From contig CALFDJ010000035.1 of assembly GCA_937950325.1 (NCBI GenBank), forward strand, positions 537 through 64,536: a stretch of DNA of 64,000 nucleotides, written 5' to 3'. Below, in pieces: positions 56,758 to 64,000 of the stretch. A program made the translations under genes and the position numbers. The notes under the pieces were generated by a model that was not told the DNA's origin, ran no database searches, and saw only the letters and a program-made list of their open reading frames with translations. The stretch comes from an uncultured Collinsella sp. GTDB lineage: Bacteria; Actinomycetota; Coriobacteriia; Coriobacteriales; Coriobacteriaceae. Every line of letters starts with the position of its first letter. The stretch's first letter is position 1.

Positions 56758-56967
56758 ACGTTCCTCTTTTAGGTTGCAACGCAAGCATTATAAAACGCGG
56801 TAAACGCGACGAGCCGGTGGGTTGGTTTCCATTCTGTTTCGCGGCCTGCAACCGACAGGTGTATTTGCGGGTTCAGGTCGAGTCGCGGCCATGCGTCGGG
56901 GGATTATACTGAGACAAGCATAAAGAATCGGCGTCCCTGTTGTGCGCCGTGGCATTAAGAGGTGCAT

Positions 56968-58230
56968 ATGGCAGAGAAACTCATTCCGTTGGAGGACGCG
57001 CAGTCGATTGTCCTGTCGCACGTTGCTCCGACCGATCTCGTCGAGATTCCCGTGTGGCAGGCCGCCGGTTTTCCCTTGGCCGAGGATGCTGTGGCCGATA
57101 TCGACATTTCACCGTTTGCCAACAGCGCCATGGACGGGTATGCCGTGCGCGCAGCCGATCTTGCTGCGGCCACCGGTGACACTCCGGTGACGCTTTCCGT
57201 CGTAGGGCACGAGGCGGCGGGCCATGTCTTTGAGGCCGTGGTCGGCACGGGCGAGACCGTCCGCATCATGACGGGCGCGCCGGTGCCCGAGGGTGCTGAC
57301 GCCGTAGTGAAATACGAGATCGTCGACGTGCTTGACGGCGATGGCAACGAGGGCTCGCACGTTCGCTTCTCGGCGCCGGCCAAGGTAGGGGAGAACGTTC
57401 GCTCTGCCGCCGAGGAGGCCCATGCCGGCGATGCTGTGATGCGCGCCGGCGAGGTCGTGGCTCCGGCGGGCGCGGGTCTGCTGGCAAGCGCCGGATACGC
57501 GAGCGTGAAGGTGCACGCTGCCCCGCGTGTGGGCATCATCTCGCTGGGCACGGAACTGGTCGGACCGAGTAACGTGCCGGCGCGCGGGCAGATTCGCGAC
57601 TCCAACTCCTCGGCGTTGATGGCCGAGGCGCTCGATGCAGGAGCCGAGCCCGTGTTCTACGGCATTGCGCCCGACGATGAGCAGGCGATTGCCGAACTGG
57701 TGCATCGCGCCGTGCAGGAGTGCGATTTTGTCATTACGAGCGGTGGCGCCTCGGCGGGCGATTACGACTACGTGACGGCGCTCGTCCGGCGCGAGGGCGA
57801 GGTGCTGTTTGACCGCATTTCGATGCGTCCGGGCAAGGCCATCACGTTTGGCTTGCTCGGGGGTAAGCCCTACCTGGGGCTTTCAGGCAATCCGGCCGCG
57901 GCGTATGTGGGCTTTGAGATGCTCGCGCGCCCGGCGATTCGCAAGATGCGTGGTTTTGCCGAGGGGGCGCGCCCCGTGCAGCGAGCGGTTCTTACCCACG
58001 GTGTGAAAAAGCGCCAGGACCGACGCTTCTTCGATCGCGCCACGGTTTTGCGCGACCCCGAGACCGATGAGCTGCTGGTGACCGAGGCCAAGACGCAGAA
58101 TTCGGCGCTGCTCGGCACGATGCAGCGTGCCAACTGTCTGCTGCGTATTGACGAAGGGCCGTGTGAGCTCAAGGCAGGCGACGTCGTGGATGTCGTGCGT
58201 GTCGACCTGCCCGAGGGAACGGTGTTGTAG
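56968..58230 (+). CDS. moeA: Molybdopterin molybdenumtransferase
   Basis: About 420 aa; FANSAMDGYAV, TGAPVPEGADAVV and ITSGGASAGDYDYV motifs. ATG 56968 has an AAGAGGTG SD (the track starts at GTG 56962). Confidence 0.92.
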   Translation: MAEKLIPLEDAQSIVLSHVAPTDLVEIPVWQAAGFPLAEDAVADIDISPFANSAMDGYAVRAADLAAATGDTPVTLSVVGHEAAGHVFEAVVGTGETVRIMTGAPVPEGADAVVKYEIVDVLDGDGNEGSHVRFSAPAKVGENVRSAAEEAHAGDAVMRAGEVVAPAGAGLLASAGYASVKVHAAPRVGIISLGTELVGPSNVPARGQIRDSNSSALMAEALDAGAEPVFYGIAPDDEQAIAELVHRAVQECDFVITSGGASAGDYDYVTALVRREGEVLFDRISMRPGKAITFGLLGGKPYLGLSGNPAAAYVGFEMLARPAIRKMRGFAEGARPVQRAVLTHGVKKRQDRRFFDRATVLRDPETDELLVTEAKTQNSALLGTMQRANCLLRIDEGPCELKAGDVVDVVRVDLPEGTVL

Positions 58231-58240
58231 GAGGAATGCT

Positions 58241-58720
58241 ATGGAGCTGAAGATTTCGATTGTGACGTGCTCGGATACGCGCGATCTTGCCCAGGACGAG
58301 GCTGGAGCTGCACTCGAGGAACTTATCGAGGCGCAGGGCTGGACGGTCGCCTCACATGTGGTCGTGCGCGATGACGTCAGCGAGATTGGTGATGCCATTG
58401 TGGAAGCCGCCGATGAGTGCCACGCCAATGTCGTGCTCACCTGCGGCGGCACGGGGCTTTCGATGCGCGATGTGACGCCCGAGGCGACGCGTGCCGTCTG
58501 CGACCGCGATGTGCCGGGTATTGCAGAGGCAATTCGTGCGTACTCGATGACCAAGACGCGCCGCGCTATGCTCTCGCGTGCTATTTGCATGCAACGAGGT
58601 CATACACTTGTCGTAAACTTTCCCGGTTCCACGAAGGCCGCCCGCGAAAGCTGGGAGGCCATAGCGGACCAGCTGGAGCACGCGGCTCAGATGACAGCGG
58701 GCGGCGGACATACCAACTAA
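58241..58720 (+). CDS. moaB: MogA/MoaB family molybdenum cofactor biosynthesis protein
   Basis: 160 aa; TAGGAGGA SD; LTCGGTGLSMRDVTPEA and NFPGSTKAA motifs. Confidence 0.85.
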   Translation: MELKISIVTCSDTRDLAQDEAGAALEELIEAQGWTVASHVVVRDDVSEIGDAIVEAADECHANVVLTCGGTGLSMRDVTPEATRAVCDRDVPGIAEAIRAYSMTKTRRAMLSRAICMQRGHTLVVNFPGSTKAARESWEAIADQLEHAAQMTAGGGHTN

Positions 58721-58736
58721 GCTATTTACCTGCGGT

Positions 58737-58770
58737 GGGGCGACCTTATCGGTCGCTCCGCTTTTGTTTT
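58737..58770 (+). terminator. Hairpin terminator after moaB
   Basis: 9-bp stem (GGGGCGACC / GGTCGCTCC), loop TTATC, then GCTTTTGTTTT. Confidence 0.65.
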
Positions 58771-58810
58771 CCGCCGAATCGACGCCGAGGTGTACGGTAA
58801 CTCGAAACTA

Positions 58811-58876
58811 TATTCTCAGGCGAGAATAATTTCTCACTAACATTATTCGCGCAAAAGTATAATCTGATTGCAGATT
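58811..58876 (+). promoter_or_regulatory. Candidate modABC promoter with nested operator-like palindromes
   Basis: TATTCTC-N4-GAGAATA (58811-58828), GAATAAT-N11-ATTATTC (58824-58848), TATAAT (58858-58863), and AATCTG-N4-CAGATT right after it. Confidence 0.35.
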
Positions 58877-58923
58877 AAAGCCCGCGGTGGGGTACCCGGG
58901 CACAAGGTCCGAAAGGGTTGAAT

Positions 58924-59796
58924 ATGTTCGATATGGTTTCTCGTCGCGGATTCGTCTCGCTTTCTGCTGTCGCCGCTGCCGGCCTTGGTCTTGCTGGCTG
59001 CTCGGGCAGCAAGACGTCCGAGCCGGCCGGATCCGATGCCGGTTCTGCTAAGGCATCTTCCAAGAAGGCTGTCGAGCTGCAGGTCTTTGCCGCCAACTCG
59101 CTCGAGAAGGCTCTGCCCGAGGTTCAGGAGCTCTACACAGAGCAGACCGGCACCACGTTTGCAGACACGCAGTTTAAGGCCTCCGGCGACCTTGTCGAGC
59201 AGATGCGCGCCGGTGCCGCTGTCGACGTGCTCATCACAGCCTCCAAGGGCACCATGGACGACGCCGAAGCCGCCGAGCTCGTCGACGTCGATACGCGTGA
59301 GGACATGTTCGTCAACGACCTCGTGATCATTCGCGCCGAGGGCTCCGACACCAAGGTCGAGGCCATCGCCGACGTCGCGAATCTGGACGGCAAGATCGCC
59401 ATTGGCGACGCCAAGACCGTCCCCGCCGGCAAGTACGCCAACCAGGCGCTGGCTTCCGTGGGGCTCTATACCGGTACCGAGGGCGACGACGGCGAGTATG
59501 CTCCCGAGATCGCCGACAAGGTCGCACTGGCCGATAAGGTGGGCACCGCCGCCGCCTATGTCTCTACGGGCGACTGCGTAGCCGGTTTTGTCTACAGCTC
59601 CGATATCTTCCGCTACGACGGCATCGAGGAGGCCTTCGTGTGCCCCGAGGATTCGCACAATCCCATCGTGTACCCGGGTGCCGTTGCCGAGAGCTCCGAG
59701 CATGCCGACGAAGCCGAGGCGTTCATCGACTTTTGCCTGTCCAACAAGAAGGCTCAGAAGATTTGGGCTAAGTACGGCTTTGAGCTTTCCGCGTAG
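58924..59796 (+). CDS. modA: Molybdate ABC transporter substrate-binding lipoprotein ModA
   Basis: Twin-arginine-like SRRGFVS plus lipobox LAGC; ModA core (ANSLEKAL..., GDAKTVPAGKYANQAL). The start is 58918, 58924 or 58933. Confidence 0.88.
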   Translation: MFDMVSRRGFVSLSAVAAAGLGLAGCSGSKTSEPAGSDAGSAKASSKKAVELQVFAANSLEKALPEVQELYTEQTGTTFADTQFKASGDLVEQMRAGAAVDVLITASKGTMDDAEAAELVDVDTREDMFVNDLVIIRAEGSDTKVEAIADVANLDGKIAIGDAKTVPAGKYANQALASVGLYTGTEGDDGEYAPEIADKVALADKVGTAAAYVSTGDCVAGFVYSSDIFRYDGIEEAFVCPEDSHNPIVYPGAVAESSEHADEAEAFIDFCLSNKKAQKIWAKYGFELSA

Positions 59797-59864
59797 TGCG
59801 GCTTGGCGCGATAATTCCATCGTTTTGTGTTTCACTCCGTCCTTGTATTCGCTTGGAGCTTTTC

Positions 59865-61307
59865 GTGCTTAATAGATTCCGCATGCTCGTCGCCTGTGCT
59901 TTGACCTTCGCGCTTTGCTGGGTGCCGGGATTTGCGTTTGCTGGGGACGCTGAGGACGGGGCCCAGGTTGCTGCGACCGCTCATGGGCTTTCCTATGGGA
60001 TCGAGGGTTTTGAGCGGCTGGCCAAGGGGACCGCTCGTGCTATGGAGGGCCAGCCTGAGGGCTACCGGTTTCCCGTTGACGAGGACGTGGACCTTGTAGT
60101 GGCGCCTGCTGCCGATCGCGTTGTGGTGTGGGTATCGCCCAAGGCGGTCGAGAAGTATGGATTGGATCCGCAGGACAACGAGTGCGTATCGGGTCTCAAG
60201 GCCCTCGTCTGTAAGCTCGACAGCGCAAACTGCATGGGAGGTGCGCGGCTGGGGGACGTGGATCTTCCTTGGTATGTCACGGCGGAGACAACGTTTGATG
60301 CCGGCGGGTATACCTATGGCTTTAACGAGCGCGGTGCGGATGGGGACCGCTATGTGGTGATTGCATCAGCCTCGGGTGATGCCAAGGGCGGTGCGCGTTG
60401 GCTTGATAGCGCTCAAATGGTAGAGGCATCGTCTGTCGTGTTGCGGGATGAGCAGGGGCCCTTGACCTCTCTGGCTTCCTTATTGGGCGGCATCGACTAT
60501 CGCCCGTTTTGGGTGTCCATAAAAACGAGCGGCCTTGCCCTGCTGATCTCCTTTGCGCTGGGCCTGTTTGCTGCGTGGAAGACTATGGGTACCACGAGCC
60601 GCGTGAAGGGTTTGCTTGATTCGGTCTTTACGATTCCTATGGTGCTGCCGCCCACGGTCTGCGGTTTTCTGCTCCTCATGCTGTTTGGCCGCTCGACCGG
60701 GGTGGGCCAGTGGCTTATCGCGCACGGCATCTCGATTGTCTTTACCTGGCCGGCGGCGGTGATCTCTGCCGTGGTGGTGTCGTTCCCGCTCGTCTATCGT
60801 ACGGCACTCGGCGCCTTCGAGAGCCTCGACACGCAGATGCTCGATGCGGCGCGCACGCTGGGCTGGTCCGAGCGTCGCATCTTTACCAAGCTTATGATGC
60901 CGCTTGGCTGGCCCTCGATTGCCGCCGGTACGGTCCTCGCCTTTGCCCGCGCCATGGGAGAGTTTGGCTGCACGCTGTTCTTTGCGGGCAACTATGCCGG
61001 CATTACGCAGACCATTCCGATTGCGATTTACTTTGAATGGATGGGCGGCAATACGTCGGTGGCCCTCTTTTGGGTCGTGGTCGTAATCGCGTTCAGCTTC
61101 CTAGTCATCCTGTTCATCAACATGTACACGGCGCATTCGCAAAAATACCGCGAGCGTGGCCTTTCCCGTGCGGAACGCAAGCAGGCCAAAGATCTCGCCG
61201 GACAGGGCGATTCACTCGACCCGGCGGGCGGTGATGCCTTGCGTATCGATCGCGAGGCACTGGCCGAGCTCATGTGCGATGATGCCGCATTACAGGGAGG
61301 TCGATAG
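59865..61307 (+). CDS. modB: Molybdate ABC permease ModB fused to an about 200-aa N-terminal secreted domain
   Basis: GGAG SD 6 nt before GTG 59865; signal peptide (LVACALTFALCWVPGFAFA). The ModB core runs from about residue 210 (FTIPMVLPPTV, EAA loop DAARTLGWSERRIFTKLMMP). The ORF is open back to GTG 59796. Confidence 0.8.
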   Translation: MLNRFRMLVACALTFALCWVPGFAFAGDAEDGAQVAATAHGLSYGIEGFERLAKGTARAMEGQPEGYRFPVDEDVDLVVAPAADRVVVWVSPKAVEKYGLDPQDNECVSGLKALVCKLDSANCMGGARLGDVDLPWYVTAETTFDAGGYTYGFNERGADGDRYVVIASASGDAKGGARWLDSAQMVEASSVVLRDEQGPLTSLASLLGGIDYRPFWVSIKTSGLALLISFALGLFAAWKTMGTTSRVKGLLDSVFTIPMVLPPTVCGFLLLMLFGRSTGVGQWLIAHGISIVFTWPAAVISAVVVSFPLVYRTALGAFESLDTQMLDAARTLGWSERRIFTKLMMPLGWPSIAAGTVLAFARAMGEFGCTLFFAGNYAGITQTIPIAIYFEWMGGNTSVALFWVVVVIAFSFLVILFINMYTAHSQKYRERGLSRAERKQAKDLAGQGDSLDPAGGDALRIDREALAELMCDDAALQGGR

Positions 61308-61310
61308 GCC

Positions 61311-62381
61311 ATGTCGCTCGTTCTGGATATTAAGAAACGTTATCCCGGGTTTGTGCTCGACATGCAGCTTGAGGCCGGCGAGGAGCGCGTGGCCTTGCTC
61401 GGTGCCTCCGGATGTGGCAAGAGCTGCACGCTGCGCTGCATTGCCGGCGTGGAGACGCCCGACGAGGGCAAGATCGTCGTCAACGGCGTGACCTTTTTTG
61501 ACTCGGCGGCTGGCATCAACCTGTCACCCCAGGAGCGAAAATGCGCCCTGTTGTTCCAAAACTATCAGCTGTTTCCCAACATGACGGTGGCCGATAACGT
61601 ATGCGCCGGTGTAAAGGATGCTGGCGACGCCGCCGCGCGCAAAAAGCTCGCCGAGCGCTATCTGGGCATTTTCGGTCTGGCCGATTTTGTCGATCGCTAC
61701 CCCGCGCGACTCTCGGGCGGGCAGCAGCAACGCGTGGCGCTTGCCCGTATGGTGGCGGCGCATCCGGGCATTTTTATGTTCGACGAGCCCATGAGCGCAC
61801 TCGATGCGTATCTCAAGAGCGCGCTTGAGCAAAACATGCTCGACCTGTTCGACGTCTGCAACCGTACCGTGCTCTACGTGAGCCACGACATCGACGAAGC
61901 GTGCCGCCTGTGTCAGCGCATCTGCGTGATGCACGACGGGCATGTGGAGGAGATCGGCTCCATCGAGGACGTGGTCCGTCGTCCGCAGACGCTGGCGGCA
62001 CTGCGCCTGACGGGCTGCAAGAATACGAGCCGCGCGCGCAAGATCGGCGACGAAGAAGTTGAGGCCCTCGACTGGGGCATGACCTTTAATGTGGGCCGTG
62101 AGGTTCGAGATGACGTGGCGTACCTCGGTATTCGTGCGAGCTACTTCCATGTTGACAATCGCGCGGAGCGGGGCCGTAACAGCTACGATTTGCACGTGGC
62201 CCGTGTGAGCGATTCGCGCTTTGAGCGGCTGGTGCTGCTGGACGTGCCGCGCGTCGATGCGCCCACGCGTCTGCAGTGGAAGGTCAACAAGGTGGGCGTG
62301 CCTGTCGACGAGCTGCCGCAAGCAGGCGAGACGCTACGCATGCACTTCGATGCGAGTAAGATCCATTTGGTTTGTCGATAG
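61311..62381 (+). CDS. modC: Molybdate ABC transporter ATP-binding protein ModC
   Basis: Walker A GASGCGKS, signature LSGGQQQRV, Walker B FMFDEP; C-terminal regulatory-domain-length extension. Confidence 0.88.
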   Translation: MSLVLDIKKRYPGFVLDMQLEAGEERVALLGASGCGKSCTLRCIAGVETPDEGKIVVNGVTFFDSAAGINLSPQERKCALLFQNYQLFPNMTVADNVCAGVKDAGDAAARKKLAERYLGIFGLADFVDRYPARLSGGQQQRVALARMVAAHPGIFMFDEPMSALDAYLKSALEQNMLDLFDVCNRTVLYVSHDIDEACRLCQRICVMHDGHVEEIGSIEDVVRRPQTLAALRLTGCKNTSRARKIGDEEVEALDWGMTFNVGREVRDDVAYLGIRASYFHVDNRAERGRNSYDLHVARVSDSRFERLVLLDVPRVDAPTRLQWKVNKVGVPVDELPQAGETLRMHFDASKIHLVCR

Positions 62382-62810
62382 CGCCGGGTAATGCCGTCGG
62401 GGATATAAGCCTCGGCGGCTTTGTCTTGCCGTTCGCCGAATGATGGATGACAAACTCTTATCAACACAGATAATTATTTATTAAACGACGGCACACGACG
62501 CTGTCGTACGCATGTCGGCGGTGTTCGTCTGGACGACAACCGTTGATATAGTTACCTTCGACGAGAAAAGGAGGGTGCGCCGGTGCTGCAGATGACATAT
62601 TCGCGTCGCGTTGCCGCGCGCGCCCTGTATATGGCTCGGAGCCGCATATGAGCAGGTATGTTCACGGCTCCGGGAGAGACGACGCACAACTAAATAATCA
62701 GCTGCAAAGCAGGTTCCCCAAAATCCCGGGTTTGAGCACGGCTGGGTTTTCGCCACCCACCGTGCAGCAATACCGTAGCTATTCATTTTTGGTTCGAGAG
62801 GGGAACCGCC

Positions 62811-64000
62811 ATGGCTGAAGAATTCGATTTCCATCCGATGTGGGAGAGCCTCGGCATGAATCTTACCGACCACGACATGCTGCTGGGCGCCGTGGGCCAG
62901 ATGTACGGCGATATGTTCCTGACGCAGAACAATCGCCCCAAGTCCACGTCCTACCTGGATTTTGTCGCCACCAACATCCACAGCGGCCGTATTAAGGAGA
63001 TGCTCGACAAGAAGGAGGCCGGCGAGGCCACCAAGATCGTTGGTTCGTTCTGCGTCTACGTGCCCGAGGAGATCGTACTTGCCTGTGACGGCATTCCTGT
63101 GGGCCTGTGCTCTGGCGCTGATTGGGCAACGGACAAGGTCGAGGAGCATCTGCCGCGTAACACCTGCCCGCTCATTAAGAGCTTTGCCGGCTTTAAGCTG
63201 GGCGAGGTCTGCCCCTACATTGAGTCGAGTGACCTGGTGGTAGGCGAGAACACCTGCGATGGCAAGAAGAAGGCCTACGAGTTCTTTGCCACGCAAAAGA
63301 ACATGTACGTCATGGATATTCCCAACGTACACGACGAGTCGACGCTCGTGACCTGGAAGGCCGAGGTCAAGAAACTCGCCGCCAAGATCGAGGAAGAGTG
63401 CGGCGTCACGATTACGCCTGAGCGCCTGAAGGCCGCCATCCGCGCCGTCAATGAGAAGCGTCGCGCCCTGCAGCGCCTCGCTGCCACGCGCGCTGCCGAC
63501 CCTGCGCCCATCAGCGGTCTCGACAGCCTGCTGACCGTCCAGGCCGCCTTTATGGACGACACGCCGCGTCTGACCGGAGCCATTAACGATATGGCGGCTG
63601 AGTGCGAGCAGCGTGTCGAGGCCGGCGAGGGCGTGGCGCCCAAGGGGACCAAGCGCATCCTGTACACCGGCACGCCCTTGGCCGTGCCCAACTGGAAGCT
63701 GTTCAACCTCATCGAGAAGGCCGGCGGCGTCGTGGTGGGCGAGGAGTCCTGCACGGGCTCGCGCTACTACAAGGATCTGGTCGACGAGTCCGGCGAGACG
63801 GTCGACGAGATGCTCGACGCCATCGCCGAGCGCTACTTTAAGATCAACTGCGCTGTCTTTACGCCTAACGACCAGCGTATGAAGGACATTGTCCAGATGG
63901 CCAAGGACCTGCATGCCGACGGTATCGTCGACGTGGCCCTGCAGTTCTGCACGCTCTACGAGATGGAGTCGTTTGCCGTGGAGAAGGCCGCCGAGGAGGC
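62811..64000 (+). CDS. 2-hydroxyacyl-CoA dehydratase / BcrC-BadD-HgdB family (double-cubane-type) protein, 3'-truncated by the window end
   Basis: Open frame from ATG 62811 (GAGAGGGGA SD) to the window end, so it is absent from the ORF track. Conserved Cys blocks (FCVYVPEE, NTCPLIKS, ENTCDGKKK, ESCTGSRYY, LQFCTLY). Confidence 0.8.
   Translation, partial: MAEEFDFHPMWESLGMNLTDHDMLLGAVGQMYGDMFLTQNNRPKSTSYLDFVATNIHSGRIKEMLDKKEAGEATKIVGSFCVYVPEEIVLACDGIPVGLCSGADWATDKVEEHLPRNTCPLIKSFAGFKLGEVCPYIESSDLVVGENTCDGKKKAYEFFATQKNMYVMDIPNVHDESTLVTWKAEVKKLAAKIEEECGVTITPERLKAAIRAVNEKRRALQRLAATRAADPAPISGLDSLLTVQAAFMDDTPRLTGAINDMAAECEQRVEAGEGVAPKGTKRILYTGTPLAVPNWKLFNLIEKAGGVVVGEESCTGSRYYKDLVDESGETVDEMLDAIAERYFKINCAVFTPNDQRMKDIVQMAKDLHADGIVDVALQFCTLYEMESFAVEKAAEE

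Noticed and set aside
56758-56967. Fluoride (crcB-motif) riboswitch upstream of the CLC-F-like gene.
   Set aside because: Neither strand contains the conserved GGNGAUG...AAACNGCC...CUGAUGAUGCCUAC elements, judged by eye. This should be confirmed with a covariance model.
58771-58923. Moco riboswitch upstream of modA, and similarly upstream of moeA at 56785..56967.
   Set aside because: Only a CCGAAAGGG fragment resembles the motif. The multi-stem architecture and conserved CCGAGCC/GCCUCC elements are not evident.

Overview
This is a GC-rich segment with a strong G/C third-position bias, and it reads as core chromosome of an anaerobic high-GC Gram-positive. From gene content I infer Actinomycetota, possibly Coriobacteriia-like: SepF and DivIVA are present without FtsA, alongside C_GCAxxG_C_C, nitroreductase and 2-hydroxyacyl-CoA-dehydratase-type genes.

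Layout:
- 0-15 kb: dcw cluster rsmH-ftsL-ftsI-murF-mraY-murD-ftsW-murG-murC-murB-ftsQ-ftsZ, with no murE and no ftsA.
- 15-23 kb: pgeF, then a complete pstSCAB-phoU placed in front of yggS-sepF-yggT-divIVA.
- 23-30 kb: nitroreductase, DUF47 plus PiT phosphate transporter, an orphan 112-aa protein, BI-1/YccA, a PARG-like macrodomain protein and an SGNH hydrolase.
- 30-64 kb: thiC-thiD behind a TPP riboswitch, yaaA, M18 aminopeptidase, polA, Cof-type HAD, argG and argH (split by a spacer), ndk, rpiB, a CyuA-like gene, HAD, rpsA, RNase P RNA, yigZ, metY, MFS, xpt, arfB, a lipid kinase, CLC-F, moeA-moaB-modABC, and a dehydratase-family gene that runs off the 3' end.

I see no transposase, integrase, cas, toxin-antitoxin or recognisable defence genes, so I cannot support a novel multi-gene protein system here.

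The unexplained signal is mostly non-coding:
- A BIME-like cluster of three palindromic units.
- A dispersed AGTTGCGGTG(G/A)AATA hairpin family that brackets yaaA.
- Two long perfect palindromes.
- An Arg-rich mini-ORF upstream of argG that looks like an attenuation leader.

Other oddities:
- A PARG-like protein whose catalytic signature reads QEA.
- A ModB permease fused to an about 200-aa secreted N-terminal domain.
- A yggT with no canonical start codon.

All coordinates of hairpins and start codons were worked out by eye. Many long ORFs in the track are antisense shadows of real genes.
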